Of a stretch of 64,000 nt of DNA, positions 37,030 to 51,000 are shown piece by piece (the first letter of the stretch is position 1; every line of letters starts with the position of its first letter). Source of the stretch: Oikopleura dioica (taxonomy: Eukaryota > Animalia > Chordata); the NCBI GenBank assembly GCA_907165135.1, contig OU015566.1, positions 558,001 through 622,000 of the forward strand, read 5' to 3'. Below the pieces are notes generated by a model. The model saw only the letters and a program-made list of their open reading frames with translations. It did not search any database and was not told the origin of the DNA. Position numbers and translations under genes: made by a program.

Positions 37030-39086
37030 GACAGCCGTCTCCGCCAGCACATTAGGTAAGTGGACACCCCTAATCTTCCGCTCCCCATTTTGTTATCAAT
37101 CCCACTTGTCAAACTTTTCCATTTCCACCACGTTCGTAAAAAACGTTACATCACCATCTGCGAGAAGAAACTGCGAGAAGGCTTTTTAGAAACATCTCTT
37201 TTCAGAATTGGAGTGTTTGGAGGAAGCGCGATTCTGCGCCCGCGTCCAAGATTCCAGAGATTTGATCCTTCCGGATTGCATGAGCCGAGAAGGCGATACA
37301 ATCTGCATCAAAGAGGGAGAGCACAATAATTGTGGAAGTCTGCTCAAAACGGTAGGATAAAAAAATTTTAAAATAAGAAAAAAAAAAAAAATGGAAAAAA
37401 AAAGAAAAAAAAAATTGAAAAAAAAAATCAAAAAAATTAAAAAAAAAACGTTGAAAAAGATTTAAAAAAAAATCTTTTATGGAATTTTTTTTCAAAATAA
37501 TATTTTCATTCAAAATTCTAGGACGACGCAAATCATCTTTATCAAAACGAATTATCAGATCTGGAAGGAAACAGCGTCACGTGGAAATGTGCCTATTTCA
37601 CCCCGCCTACGTAAGTCCATTTTTTTTCCTTACAAATGAAATTCTTTCCCGAAGCGTGGTCAATTACAATGCGCCAGTTGGAAATGGGAATTTCCTGATG
37701 GCCTTCCAGCTCTTTTCCGATGCCGAGTACAAAAGGCCACTTAGACAGAGGTCGCCGCATTTGCCCATGGATGGCCTTATCAGGAAAGTGGGCTCACGTG
37801 ATAACATCAAGCAAATAATTAGTTTTTTCTTCCAATTCGATCTCTAAAAAAATCTTTATTGTTTTTCTAATCCCTTCGCTAAGCAATTATTCACCCGCTG
37901 AGCCCGTTATTCTAGAGCCCGAGTGTCCCTGTTAGATCACCAAAATCTCGGCCGCGCCACCGTCCAGCTCCTCCAATGCATGGCCACGCCGACCCCAGAT
38001 CCTTCCGGCCCGGTTGGACTCATGCTCATCGATGACTTGTTTGTTCACAAACTATTTTTCTTCCCTAAATCAGTTTTTCTAGCTGTCCATTGGAAAGTGG
38101 CGCACAAGTGAATTTGATCCATTCTGGAGTTGCGCCCTTTGGAACTTTTGAGGCAAATGTGTTTAAATTTGCTGAATCATCTGAAGCTAGAGTTTTTCAA
38201 GAAAAAAAACGATTTTCGATCAAAAAGCCGTTCGCGGCTTTTTTATTAATGGACACGAGGAAGCCGCATACAGCTTTTGAGCCGAAAATATAAAAGCCGC
38301 ATGCGGCTTTTTGAGCTGAGAATTATTTGATTTTTAATGAGTCATTAATAATGATGAGTCATTATGAGTCATTTTTAATTCATCATCATATATAAGTCAT
38401 AAATTCTGGATCATAATTAATTACAAAAAAACAATGAGTCAGAAACAATGAATCACAAATTATGATAATTTATGAGTCATTATATAGGTTTTTTATTTTT
38501 GGCTCGTAAGCCGCAAGCGGCTCTCTCGACTCTCTATTAAGAAAAACGCAAGCGGCTTTGTTCATTATTTTTTTTTATTTATTACAAAATAAAACTCTCA
38601 AAAGTGTTCCTCCACTGCCGCGTCCGAATCTGTTTCAACCCAGCAACCGGCGAAAATAGCTGTTCAATCAACCCGGCAGATTGCCCTTTTGAAAAAAGCA
38701 GAACTCGTCGCGAAGGCGTTTTGGATGAACCAACAACGATGATCAGCATTGGGCCAATTGACGTGTCGGATGCGCTCTTGATTGATGGCACCGTCGAGGA
38801 GATAATTCACGAAATTGAGGGCGAAATTGGGGAGCAAGACGAAAGGATTAAAATCCATCGTAAGATTTATTCAATTTTTCAATCGTTTAACTTTTCAGCT
38901 ACTGTTCTGTGGAGCCTTGTTTCTGCCCTGATCGTTATCTTCATCGCCATCATCGCTCTCTTCTTCGCCGTTCTCCGCTGGATGCGACAAAATCCCACGG
39001 ACAAGTACTCGATCAATGGAAGCTCTGTGATGCTACAGAACTCTCCTCGTGGATCAATGACTTCTGTGGAAACAGTGAGCGCCTGA
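37030..39086 (+). CDS. Membrane-anchored ZP-domain protein; multi-exon, 5' end incomplete
   Basis: ZP-N (NCGSLL..LYQNEL..WKCAY) and ZP-C (FLMAFQLFSD; LLQCMATPTPDP; FEANVFKF; VFLHCRVRIC), furin site RTRR, EHP ISIGPIDV, TM ATVLWSLVSALIVIFIAIIALFFAVL. Confidence 0.85.
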
Positions 39087-39491
39087 AACTTGCAGCGGGA
39101 AAATATCTTCTTCAAATTCTTGTAAATAATTAACTGTACATAAGAAAACACTGCTAGTAGCTTGTTCAATGTAGAAAAAATAACTCTTAAAGGTCCGATC
39201 TCAAATTGCCCTTAAAACTTTAAAAAATTGATCGAAATGGAAGAAATTCGAGTCGACAAAAAATTCGATCTTTGACACTAAATTTTTGGTTTAAATTTTG
39301 ACCAATCAATATAAAGAATTCAGCCTAGACGCCAATCAGGTTTCAGAAACACTTTGAATATCATGATCTTTGTTCTGATTGGCCTAGAGCACGAAATCGA
39401 CTATCTTCGATCTAGTTTTTGATTTTTTATCGATAATCTTGGATATTTTCTCGACAAACTCGGAAAAAAACTTCGATCAAAAATAAGGGGT

Positions 39492-39641
39492 GGTGTCTTG
39501 AACCGACAAAAAAAAAATCGACAAATTTTGCGTGGGCGGCTTTTCGGCTGCTGATTGGCCGGTTTGCCAAATGCAGGCTTCTGATTGGTTGAAAATTTCC
39601 ACGCAAAATTTGTCGAAATTTTTTTGTCGGTTCCAGACACC
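39492..39641 (-). mobile_element. MITE family 1, copy E
   Basis: ggtgtcttgaaccgacaaaaaaaaatcgac ... ttttttgtcggttccagacacc; ATTGG twice. Confidence 0.92.
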
Positions 39642-40216
39642 CTCCCAAAAATAACTGGTTCAAACTGAAAATCTCATTAGCTCAAGCTCAAAATCGCATC
39701 ATGAGGTAAAAAATTTTAAATTTGAAATATCAATTCAGCAAATTTAAACTCAAGAACCAGGACTTTTAAAAATAAAACTGTTAAAAAGGCTTCTGCCAAT
39801 TTTTGCCAAATAAACTCTGAAACAACTTTCTCTTCCTTGTTTTCAAACTAAAATTGCACAAAAAAAATGTCTAAAAGGGGAGAAAGCGAAGAATGTTTAT
39901 TTTGAGGAATTAATTTTGATGAGCTTCAGGCTTGCCCAAAATCACTTGGATCGTTTTGACGATAAACGTACGCTCTCGAGCAGCTTATCTAACGTGTTTG
40001 ACATCAATACTTTCCAGCCGTATTCTAGAAGATAGCACATCAGGAGAAAAAATGCGGCAGATTTCGACTCTTAGACTATCAAGTTAAAAAAAGCCGCGCG
40101 AATCTAGATTTTTCTATTCGAAAAAGCCGCATGCGGCTTCTCGATTTTCTACAAGATTCGTGGCAAAATAAAGTGGAAGCGAATGAAAATCGAGCTTTCC
40201 CAGTTTATTGAATTCT

Positions 40217-41017
40217 TTAATAAAGGTCTTCTGCATCAAAGCTTGACTCGTACCCAGCTTTGACTTTTAAAGAAAAGCCGGAGTCCTCCACACTGTGATC
40301 GGATTCGAAATGAACGTCGACGTAGGAAGAAGAGAAGGAGACAGTCATTCCCTTAAAAATTATCGAAAAAGCCACTTTTGCACAAAATACCGTTTGAATT
40401 CCACTGAAAGCATATTCTTCTGCGGAGGAATCGCGGAAGACGAGGTTGTCAAATCCATGTTCGACCTCGAATTTTGTGAATTCAAAGGTCAGGCCGTCGG
40501 AGTTAGTCGAAAATCTGGTTGTACACTCCAAAAAGGGGTCGTAATTGTTCGGGTAATTTGGAGATCTATAGGTTTTTTTCTATCTATTCGCCTTACTTAG
40601 AATAGGCTTACTGGAGGAAAGCATGAGCAGAAACAGAATAATTATGATTTCCGTCGCAAATTCCAACAGTCTCCAAATCGATCAACCCTTCATTCGAAAA
40701 AGATGTCGCAAAATTGAATGAACTTGGCTGAAGAGTGTTTTCTTCAGGCGAAACAGTGGTATCATAATCGCAGGGAAGATTGCTGTCTCCATCACAGGCA
40801 CCAGCACTGAAAACTTTTCCTTTTCAAAATTTTTCTTTCAGATTTACCCGCTGCTTGTGTCCGAATTTAAGAAAATTACAGCCAAGATGAAGATAGCGCC
40901 AACGATAAAATAGCCAATATTATTTTTCGATTTTTCTTCAGAAGAATCTTTGGAGGGGACAGCTTTTGGTAAAGGACGATCATGCTGATCTCCAAGGATT
41001 TTCGACGAAGAGGGCAT
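40217..41017 (-). CDS. Type II membrane protein with a single C-terminal CUB domain
   Basis: MPSSSKILGDQHDRP... TM NIGYFIVGAIFILAVIFL; spliced CDGNHNYSVSAHAFLQ|SPNYPNNYDPFLECTTRF...FEVEHGFDNL...VHFESDHSVEDSGFSL (CUB consensus). Confidence 0.8.
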
Positions 41018-42755
41018 TTGCTAAACTGAAATAAGTTTTCAGGAAAAATTCTTTCGGGAAGACAATCTAGAAAGATTTTCGGGTCAACAAGGGAGGCTGC
41101 GAGTCGTAAAAAAGCTAAAATTTTGACTAAAATTTTTGTCAAAATAATTTTGGCCTAAAAAACTTAACATTTTTTCTAAGTATAATTCGCTGCTTATTCC
41201 ATTACATATGCAAATAATAGGGCGAAATCATCGAATGGGAAAAGGGTTAATATGTGAGGCGGGATGAGTGGCGGATTTATGCGTTGTGCTTCGTCAAATC
41301 GAACGCAACGGATCAGCCGATCCTAGGACGATCGAAGCGCCACTGTCTTTTTCAGAAGCAGCCAAATACAAATACACTTTTCTATATTTTTTTCGAAAGG
41401 AAAGCGAATTTTCTTTCAGAGAAACAAAAATTAATAATTCAGAAAAAAAAAATCACAAAAAAAAGATAATCTTTATAATTTTTCTTGAAAAAAATTGCAT
41501 TTTTTAAAATTTTTATGATCAAAAAAACCCTTTCGGAATTAATCCAAAAAATAGAAAAGAGAGATGGGTGTCAAGCCAATCTGCTCAAAACCTGCGAAAA
41601 CAAGGGTCAGAAACAATCAGCGCGACAAAAGCAAGCTGATGATTTTTTGATGCTTGTAAGCGACCCGTAACGTTCATTATCCTAAAATGGTTGGCCTGCC
41701 AACATCTCATCACTCCCTTTCTCCACACCGAATCGACTTGCGTTACAGCTTTGTTCAGAAAAAGAGAGAACGAGATAAGCTACAGTTACATTTTCAAAGT
41801 CATCTGGGATCAGATTCCAGGAATTTGTGAAGTAGAGAAACAAGAGTCCTCGTTGATGGATGATTTCGAAGTGTTGAAAAATTTTTATCGTCTCTTCTGA
41901 GACTTTGCCAAATGCCACCCCCGCTCATCTGTCAGTACTTCATAAAATCATCGCGCAATTGAAGAGGGAGTCCCTTAATTTTTCAGAGAAAAAATCTGCA
42001 AAACGTCATTTTTTAACAGAGATAAAAATAACTGTTCTTTTCAAAATCCATTATTTTTAAAAAAATAAATTTATAAAAATATATTTTTTTAATATAAAAA
42101 ATTTTTAATTAAATAATTTTTCAATTTTATAATATAATACTAAAAAATTAAAAGTTAAATAAAAAATTTAAAAATAAAAAAATTAACAAAAGTCAATTCT
42201 TAAAAATATTAAAAAAATTCTGAAAAAACTTGCGGATCCTAAGCGGTCAAGAATTAGCTCATCATAAAGCACGATCAATGATCAGAGGCAAGGATCATCA
42301 AGGCAGGCTTATCCCTCAAATCCTGACACTTTCAATCCCAATTTTTAGCACTTTTTGCATTTTGGAATTGAGAAAAATAATTAAGAATGAAATCGAAATC
42401 GAGAGCGAGCAATTTTGCCAGAGACAAAAGAAAGAGAGAATTGAAGACGAGAATTAGGTGGATTTGTGCTGCAGGTTGCGTTTTATTTTTTACAGGTAAT
42501 TGAGTATATTTTCGAAAGATCTTGAATTGTCCGTTTTGTCCGAATGTTTTATACAGTATTTCGAGTTATCTTTTTAATAAGAACCCCGGCACCAAAAAGC
42601 TAGCAAATAAGTTATGGTGTCTAAAAATATTTTCCAGTTTTTGCCGTTTTTGGAGGCCGAAATTCCGGAAACCTGGAATCAAGGAAGAGAAGACAAGCGC
42701 CGGAAACTTCGAATGTCACGTGGTCAGACGAAAGTAATCATCCCGTAGTTTTTAA

Positions 42756-45153
42756 ATGAAAAGAAATCCAATTTTAGAGGGAGATCCATGTCCCAGTTTC
42801 AACGACACGGCTGGCTGTATATTCGCATTTGTCGAGGATTATAAAGATGATCTCGGCTTTCTCTCCGACACTTGCGCCCGGGTCATCAGAGAAGGGAGGA
42901 TCGATCTTAATGAAACTGCCGACGAAATTGAAAGTAAAAACTCTCCATATCTTCCCCTTTCCAAGAGTATTTTAGTTTGTTCGTATGAAAAATCAACGAT
43001 TCCAGGTCTTTGGCTCGCTTTTTACTGCATCGCTATTCTTTGGCTTTTCGTCGCAGTGGCGATTATCTGCGATGACTTCTTTGTCCCGTCTCTAGAAGCG
43101 ATTTCGGAGAAGCTCGATCTTTCGGAAGATGTGGCGGGAGCGACCTTCATGGCTGCGGGAAGTTCAGCGCCGGAATTATTCACTTCTTTGCTTGGTGTCA
43201 CAAAAGTAAGAAAAGCCCCTCTTTTCCGGATCGAAAATGAATTTCAGGAGACAGACGTCGGCGTTGGCACCATCGTCGGATCAGCTGTTTTCAATTTGCT
43301 CGTGATCGTCGCTCTCAGCGCTGCCCTGGCTGGAAAGAGCCTCAATTTGGATTGGCGCCCTCTTGCTAGAGATGCGACTTATTACGCGATCTCCATCGGC
43401 TTTCTGGTCGGATTCGCTTGGGATGGATACATCACTTGGTGGGAAGCGCTGATTTTGACGGCGCTCTATGTGATTTATGTGGTCATTATGGCGTTTAATC
43501 CACAGTTGATGACGTTTTTGCTCAAGAAAATGGTCAAAAATTATTTCAAGAAATTAATTCGATGGAAATTTTTAACCTCAAAAAGATCGAAAGCGCTTTT
43601 CGCCGAAAAACAGAGCCAGCAGATGTTCTCCCCGAAAAACGCCGCTCTAGTCTCGTTGGATCCCAATTTCGACACACTCGACCTGGTGAAATGACCGGAG
43701 CTGTCGTAAGTTTTTATTTTCAGTGTCGTTTTTATTTCTTTAAAAGTCGGGAACACCAAAGCCAGTTAAAAAATCAGCGCAAGAATGCGACGACTCGGTA
43801 TTGAAAAATTGAATTAGAATAGTAAATATACTTTTTGACTAATTCTCACAAGAAAAGAAGCAGTTTTTTCTTACTAACTATTGAATTCTAGAGCCAGCGG
43901 CGGAACACATCAATCATTCGAAATCAAAGCATCGTGTCGAAAGGCAAAATCGAACCTGACGAAAGACATCAAGAATTAGACGAAGAGAATCTTCCAACCA
44001 GGTACAAAGCCAAATCACGTGACCCCCCTAACGCTCTTCTCAGCGGGCGAGACAGTGGAATAGACGACGCGGAAACTGTCATCGAGCGAAATCCCGAAGC
44101 TCGAAATTCCCAAGATGAAGTTCTCAAAGAAGACGACGAAGAGGAAGAAGAATTGTGCCATCTTTGCCCTTGTTGGAGTTTTTGCCCCGGAGTACCGCAT
44201 ATTCCACCGAAACTCGAGGAAAAAACGCCGATTGGAATTTTGAAGTTCATCGGCTCAATTGTTTGTCCATTTCCTTCTGTTTAAGTTTTGACGGCTATTT
44301 CTAGATATTGTTCATCATGTCATTTCCCTTCTACGTTTTCTACACTTTTACGATTCCAAGATGCGACACCGATGAAAATCGCAAATGGTATCTTCTCTCT
44401 GTAAGTCTCCTTTTTTTTATGAACGATGACTGTAATGATTGTAACTGCAGTTCATCATGTGCATCGCCTGGATTGTTGCGCTGACTTATGGAATGGTGAC
44501 GGTCGTCGAGCACGCCGGCTGCATTCTCGGAATTGGTCATTTTACAATGGGACTTGTCATCATTGGTAAAAAATAGGGATAGCAAACTTAACTCATTCCT
44601 AAAAAGCGGTTGGTACGAGTCTACCAGACGCTCTGTCTTCCATCCTCGTCGCTAGAGATGGTTTTGGCGACATGGCAGTCAGGTGGAAAAATATCATAGA
44701 AAGAGGTGAATCGTTTTTTTCTAGCAACGCTATTGGCTCAAATGTCTTCGACATTGACCTTGGAATCGGCGCTCCATTTTTCATTTTCGCTTTGGTCCGC
44801 GATAAACCCGTTTCGCTGCTGAAACCGGAAGAATGGGTAGACAAAGAATCAGTTTTAAAATAGGCTTAAATTATTCAAGTGCGAATTTAACAGCTTCACG
44901 GGAAAGAAAATCATGCCCCATTCGAAATTTGGCCTGGTGCTTTTAGGAATTTTGACAATTGCCATCATCATTTTCGCTGCTCTCAGATTCAAGTAAGATT
45001 GAGGATTTCTTTCTTCCTTGATTTCATCTCACCTTCAGGTTGGATAAAAGAGTGGGCGTTGCACTGTTGCTGCTTTATGCCTGTTTTCTTGCCTATGCTT
45101 TTACGCAGGAAATTTTATGCCACAGGTTTGGTTTCTTCGCTGAAACGGGTTAA
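42756..45153 (+). CDS. SLC24A: K+-dependent Na+/Ca2+ exchanger (NCKX, SLC24 family); multi-exon
   Basis: Alpha-1 repeat [42 protein letters not shown]; alpha-2 repeat [34 protein letters not shown]. Ends are approximate. Confidence 0.95.
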
Positions 45154-46035
45154 TTTTGTTTTTTCAGTCTTTCCTGCTAAGAAAAATAAAATTAAAAAAG
45201 AAGCTTTCAAACTGCCATATTTATAAATATACTCTTTCATACATTTTTGTTTTTTTTTATTTTAAACTTCGAGAAAAGAAAGATATGATTTTGCTGGATG
45301 TCGAAGTGATTTCGTGTAAATTCGTGTTTTGACAACGTCAAAGACGGCTTCGACAATGAGAAGAAATAGGAAGATCCCGGCGATTATTCCGACTTTGAGG
45401 AGTTTTCCAATAAGAACAGACTATAGGAGAGAAAATTCTCGAGAAACTCTTTCAAAAAGCACGTCAATTTCCAAGTGAATAGAGCCGAGATTTCCGTTCG
45501 TTACTTGGCTATTTACATGCTGATGAAAAATAACGCTTATTTTGTGATCGTTCTTCATTTTTCTCTTTAAAAAAGCGAGACTTACATGATAATGATTGAG
45601 GTTCATCGAGCCGGCTGGAGTCTCCGTGGTTTCGCTAAAAAAGCAAAATGCGGCTTGACACATCAAATTCAATTACGGATTTCTCTAGGCTGCCACTCAT
45701 TGGTTTTGTGCATAATTCCGTAGTTCGGCATTTTTCGAGGTCGTCGAGAAAATTCTTTTTCGCTTTTTTCCAAATTCTGATTGCATTTTCGGGTTTCGTG
45801 TTTAAAATGAAGCATTTTGAGTTTCTTGCTTTTTCCCGAGATTTCTCTGTGAGATGAACTTATCGGAGCGTCCAAACAGGAGCAAAATTTCAAATTTCTA
45901 TTCTCGAGACGTCGTGATTCCATCGGAACTGATTTTCAGCAAAAATTGAGATCCATCCAGCAATATGCAGAAACCCTTGTCAATTTCTTGTCAGAATAAA
46001 ACCGGAATTGAAATTGCCGGGGGCGTTTAAGTGTA

Positions 46036-46060
46036 GTTAAGTTAAGTTAAGTTAAGTTAG
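46036..46060 (+). repeat. (GTTAA)n pentanucleotide microsatellite
   Basis: gttaagttaagttaagttaagttag. Confidence 0.8.
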
Positions 46061-46577
46061 GTGTGTAAGTCTTCCAACGCACCAGCAAAGCACTGCAGCG
46101 TTCTCCCGCTGGTCAACTAAATCAAGATAAAGAGAAAAAAGAAGACCGATGAGGAGACTTTTCAGGAATTTGTTGAAGTAATCGTCGCTAACTTAGTACA
46201 GTAAGAAAAGAAAAACCATTTCGAATGGAGGTTAGAAAGTTTTTGATTGATTTTTCGATCGGGGGCGCTCGGTAAGAATACCAATTTTTTCTATTGAAAC
46301 AGTTTTTTCCTAAATAAAAAGGTAAATCACATGTAGATAAAAATCAGGCGCGGGGCGCATTCTCCAAATTTTCCGAATTGTTCAGTCATCAATAACCGAA
46401 ATTGGTATTTGAATACAAATTGGTATTTCTAGCTGAGACTTCTTACACTCATTATGCGTTGACCCTTGCCATGACTCTGAGCATCGAAAAAGTGTAGTGA
46501 GTCTAGTAACCGTTCTCTGGACCATATTAAAAATTCTGAATTTGAGGAGAGAACTTATCATGCCAGGCCGGCATTAA

Positions 46578-46910
46578 GGACCCCCGTCAACACATTTCCT
46601 CAAAAATCTAAAATTTCAAAACAGCCATATTTTGGCTTCTTAGTGTGCCTGGAAATTTAATGCATCACGAAAACTTGTCCTGAGCAATTTTTGACCAATA
46701 AAAATCTTAAATTTTAGCAAAATTTGGACTTTTTTGTCAATTTTTATTAAAAAGGCAAATTTTCAAAGGCGATTTTGAGGGAGTTAGAGTCGAGATAGAC
46801 CCCCAAAAAATGCAGCCTTAAAATCGTTTTTTGACCCGTAGAATCTATTTCCGGGGTAAAATTATGAAATTCCGATTTTAGATTTTTCGAAAATTGTTGA
46901 CGGGGGGTCC
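46578..46910 (+). mobile_element. MITE family 2, copy 2
   Basis: ttaa|ggacccccgtcaa ... ttgacggggggtcc|ataa (one-base TSD mismatch); 333 bp, homologous to 32449-32782. Confidence 0.85.
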
Positions 46911-48052
46911 ATAAATATTTATTATGATTAGAACTAGAGACGTACGGAATAAGTATTGCAATTTTATGCTCAACAAGTGTTTTTAATACAGTTTATTCTC
47001 AATCATTAGACCCGAAAATTCGGAAATCGGCACTTGAATTTTTTATCGATTTTCAAGTCCCATCTTTCGAAATGGCTCGTGACCAGGTGCGTTGAAAAGC
47101 TGAGCGTCTGAGTTTTTAAAGATTAAAAAATTTAGATTTTTAGAAATTAGATTTTAGAAATTAGATTTTCCCTGCCTCATCGCCGCAAGAGGCGCTCAAA
47201 AATCGTATGAAATCCTGGATTAGAGGCACAAACAATATTTCAACTAACAAAGTTATCTTTTATCAGCAACTTTGGTATCGGCTTCCTGCTACGATGGTCA
47301 GAACGGTGGATGCTCACATTACTGTACTGGCGATGGATAGGCTACCCGCATCAAAAATTTTTTGCAGGTTCTTTGGATAAGTGCGAGAATTATTTTTTCC
47401 TTTTTTCTTAAGGTTGTGACTAGAGCAGGGTTCGAAATCCGCGGAAAACCCCTGCTCTCTGTTCACTCTAGAGTGTTCACTCGTGTTCAAGATCAAACTC
47501 TGTCCGAAATCGAAAAAAAAATCTTTTTCGCGAATTTTTAAAATCAAACTAAATTTATTTGAAGTTAATGAGCACAATTTATTTTCAAAAGAGACGTTTT
47601 ACGTAGTAAGAGGATAAAAATCGTCTCTTCCGATAAATCATAGATTTAAATGAATTCTCGTCATATTTTTTTGCAAAAATACATTCTAGAACGAAGTTGA
47701 TGCTTTTTCACTACAATTTTCTGCTGAGTTTTAGAGTCGATAATAACAAATTTGGCTCTAAAATTCGAAAAGCTGCGAATGAGCGCGAGCGAGCGATTGA
47801 ACGCTCATGCTCGCTCACAAAAAAAATCAAAAGGGTCTACTCGCGCTCACTCAGTTATGTTAAAAATATGAGGGCCTCTGCCCGCGCTTACTCGCTCACG
47901 AGAGTTTTTACCACTATTGAAACACTGCGTCAACGCCAAGGCAGCTGCACGTGACTGCCAACCCTTTAAAAATGTAGCTGCCACTTCCAAGTGGTGTCGA
48001 ACTCTGGTCCAAAGAACCTGGAAAAAATGATGCGGGAAGCCTTGCGGTTGAG

Positions 48053-51000
48053 TATGCTCGTGTCCTGATTGTTGGGTTCTTGGTGAGATTCCATTCTTCC
48101 CACTAGCGATTAAACAAGCCCTATAATTAAGATAGTTCCAATAAAACATGCACCATCTCGCCTGGAAAGGCAAACATCACGTGTTCTGCAGAAGGCTTTT
48201 CGATTTCAATGGATGAATGTCTCGTTTCCGGCGTTGATACAGCGGCTATTCATCTCAACGATATGAACTGTTTCGCTGTCCAAAACGAAACGAATTTCAT
48301 AATTGAAAGCTCTTGGGCCAACGGCTGCGGCGCTGTGTCTTCGTTCGAAGACGACGTGTTTGTTTTTTCCAATACTCTTCATTTTGGAAGAGTAATTTCA
48401 AATGGAATCGTTATTGGTCGAAGTGCTGCCATAGCTTTCAGCTGTAAATTTAACAGCATTGCCTCCGTCGTCAGCAGCTACAAATCAAACAACGCTCCAT
48501 CCTCAGTGACATTCAGTGCTGGCGATGATAACTATAATGTGATTGATCTTGCGACAACATTTAATTTCTATAAGACAGCAGCTTATCAAGAAACTGTCGA
48601 TTATAATACCCATCAAACTGCTGTTGGAAACACTCTCTATGCACAGGACTGAGGTGTCTTTTTCAGTGCGAATAGTTTATAGGCGATTTAAAATTTCTGC
48701 TTCCAAAAATTTATACCGATATTAGAGTTGAAGACATCTCAAGTCAGATAAGTTCCTCCGCAATGATTCCTGACACCTCGATCATCGTTAAAAATTGTTC
48801 TGTGTCAGATGATGCCATTGCTAGCTCAAGTGTCTCTTTGGTCGAAAACAGTTGCCCGATCGAGAGCGTTCTAGATGTCACCTTGAAGGAATCGAATGAT
48901 TCCGCTGCTCGAATCGAATACAAAAGTTTTATTTTTCCAGAAAGCGCTGATTCTGCCAGTATGACAATTACTTGCGATGTATGTTCAAAATTATATTATA
49001 TTATATAATATTATTTTTTAAGGTCCAGTTTTGCAATTCAAACGACTTTGATTGCTTGGGTGGATGCAACGGACCGGTAGATTTTTTAATATTTCAGGAT
49101 TATTATTTTTGTTGTAAGCGTGATACGAATATGGTTATTTTGCTACCACAAATGGCTGATTCTTATCGTATATCCGGCGATGGAAAAACAAAAACATCTG
49201 TAACCATTGACGCACCAACTGATAATTATGCGTTTAAACGCATGCACGCTATAATTAAGGGAGATCTTTATATTTTCGGGGGACCTCTTTCTACCGGTAG
49301 TTATCGCAAGGTAAATTTAATTTGTCCTCAAGATATGGCATGGCTTTTTAAGATTGCTAGGATGGACGGATGTTCTATCACAGAGACAATTTTTGAAACG
49401 TTGAATGGTTATACTTACCGATCTGCGAGTTTAGCGATCGATAACGGAGAAAAAGGTAAGGAATACACATACTCTACTACTTATGTTTAGCATTAATATG
49501 TTTCCCGGTCGGGAATGTCAATGGACAAGAATGCGAGATTTTCGATACAACAAGTTCAACAGCTACTCATTCCTCGCAATATGCTCATTGGGACGGTCGT
49601 CTTGCATTTTATAAAGGAAAACCTCTTAGCGTCAGCGGCAGGGAAACATTGAATGGAAAAACCACTTATTTGAAGATCGAGACGTTTTCAGAATTGAGCG
49701 GATGGGAAACTCTTTCAGTGAATTCACCGAGGTAAAATGCAGAGTAACTGAATAGCGCCGCCTTGCGCCGCCCAGTGCCGCTCGATACTGCTGTTATCGA
49801 AGATTTTCGGCGTTTCAATTAATTTTTTTTTGTTTTCTCATCAAAACTCTTGTTCTCATTCAAATAGTCTCACCATCAGAAAATAGAAAACTAATCTCTT
49901 AGACGCGTATTATTTTAGGTTGGGAACAAATAAATTTCGACTGGAAAAAGATCAAGGGGAGGTTAAGGGCGCAAATTGATCCTAAGATAAAATAAAAATT
50001 TCGCACCGCATTAGATTTTCAATTTCGGTACCAAACTTCTGGTATTTAAATATGGTACCAATTTTTGTCGTCGTATCGCTACCAAAAAAGTTGCCAGAAA
50101 ATTTCATGAAGACTAGTACTGTAGTGCTTATTCTATGCAGTATGACTTTTGCACTATTTAACAATAGTAAGCGAGCTTGCCCTTGGCGTGCTAAGTGCGC
50201 ACGTGACTAAGGAGGAGCAAGCGAGCGCACGTGACGCAGCGCGCAGAAAACCAAAAATTTCGTTTTCAACGAAATCGCTGAATAATAACCGCGCTCGTGG
50301 AAATACGCCGATTCCGTCGTTGCACTCCCAGAGATAAATTTGAGTGTCAATAAACAACGAGATAAAAACTTTTGTTTCCTTTTTCTCTGTCACTTGCAAA
50401 ATAGAAGCAAGCAGTACAAATTGGTGACTGATACAAACGGCGAGAATTTACAGCAAAACTACTGTAAATTACGATTCCCCGAGCACGATCGAAGAGAGCT
50501 GCTAAAAACGATTTTCCTGACTATTCAAAGGACAGCTATAAGGTCCTTTATAAATTATATCCAGGGTAAACCTAAGCAAGCGGAGTTTAACCATAAGTTG
50601 AACCACCGACAGGTGAACCTTTAGGATTGATTTTCGCACATAAAATCGGACCTTCTGAGCGCTTCAACAATGAGTAATACTTATTTCAAACTTGTTGTCG
50701 ATCTGAGCAGAACGGAGCTCATGAAAATTTACGATTCACTGGATGGGCGAATCTTCCCAACCCCTATTCCGATAAGTGATAAAGCTTCCGTCGCTGCGAA
50801 TATCCTTAATTTAACGAGTCTGTCCTTGCTCGCGGAAAGAAATACTTTTCCAAGAAAAACGCCAAAGGTACTGTTCAATATCTACCCACCTTTGCCGCGG
50901 ATCACCCAAATGAAGCAGATTGGGTTGAACAAAAATATGCGAAACGCCACCACCGACTGGACCTCGAGCGAATTAAGACATCGAAAGCAGCAAAAGATAT

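Noticed and set aside
37370-37500. Poly-A/T-rich tract giving Phe/Lys-rich ORFs
   Set aside because: Intronic low-complexity sequence.
41682-41918. Opposing ORFs of 69-78 aa
   Set aside because: The strand cannot be decided and there are no supporting exons.
43207-43248. Apparent insertion [14 protein letters not shown] in NCKX
   Set aside because: It is a 42-nt in-frame GT-AG intron, not protein.
45421-45950. Coding-like minus-strand patch
   Set aside because: Stops in all frames and no identifiable homology; possibly a decayed fragment.
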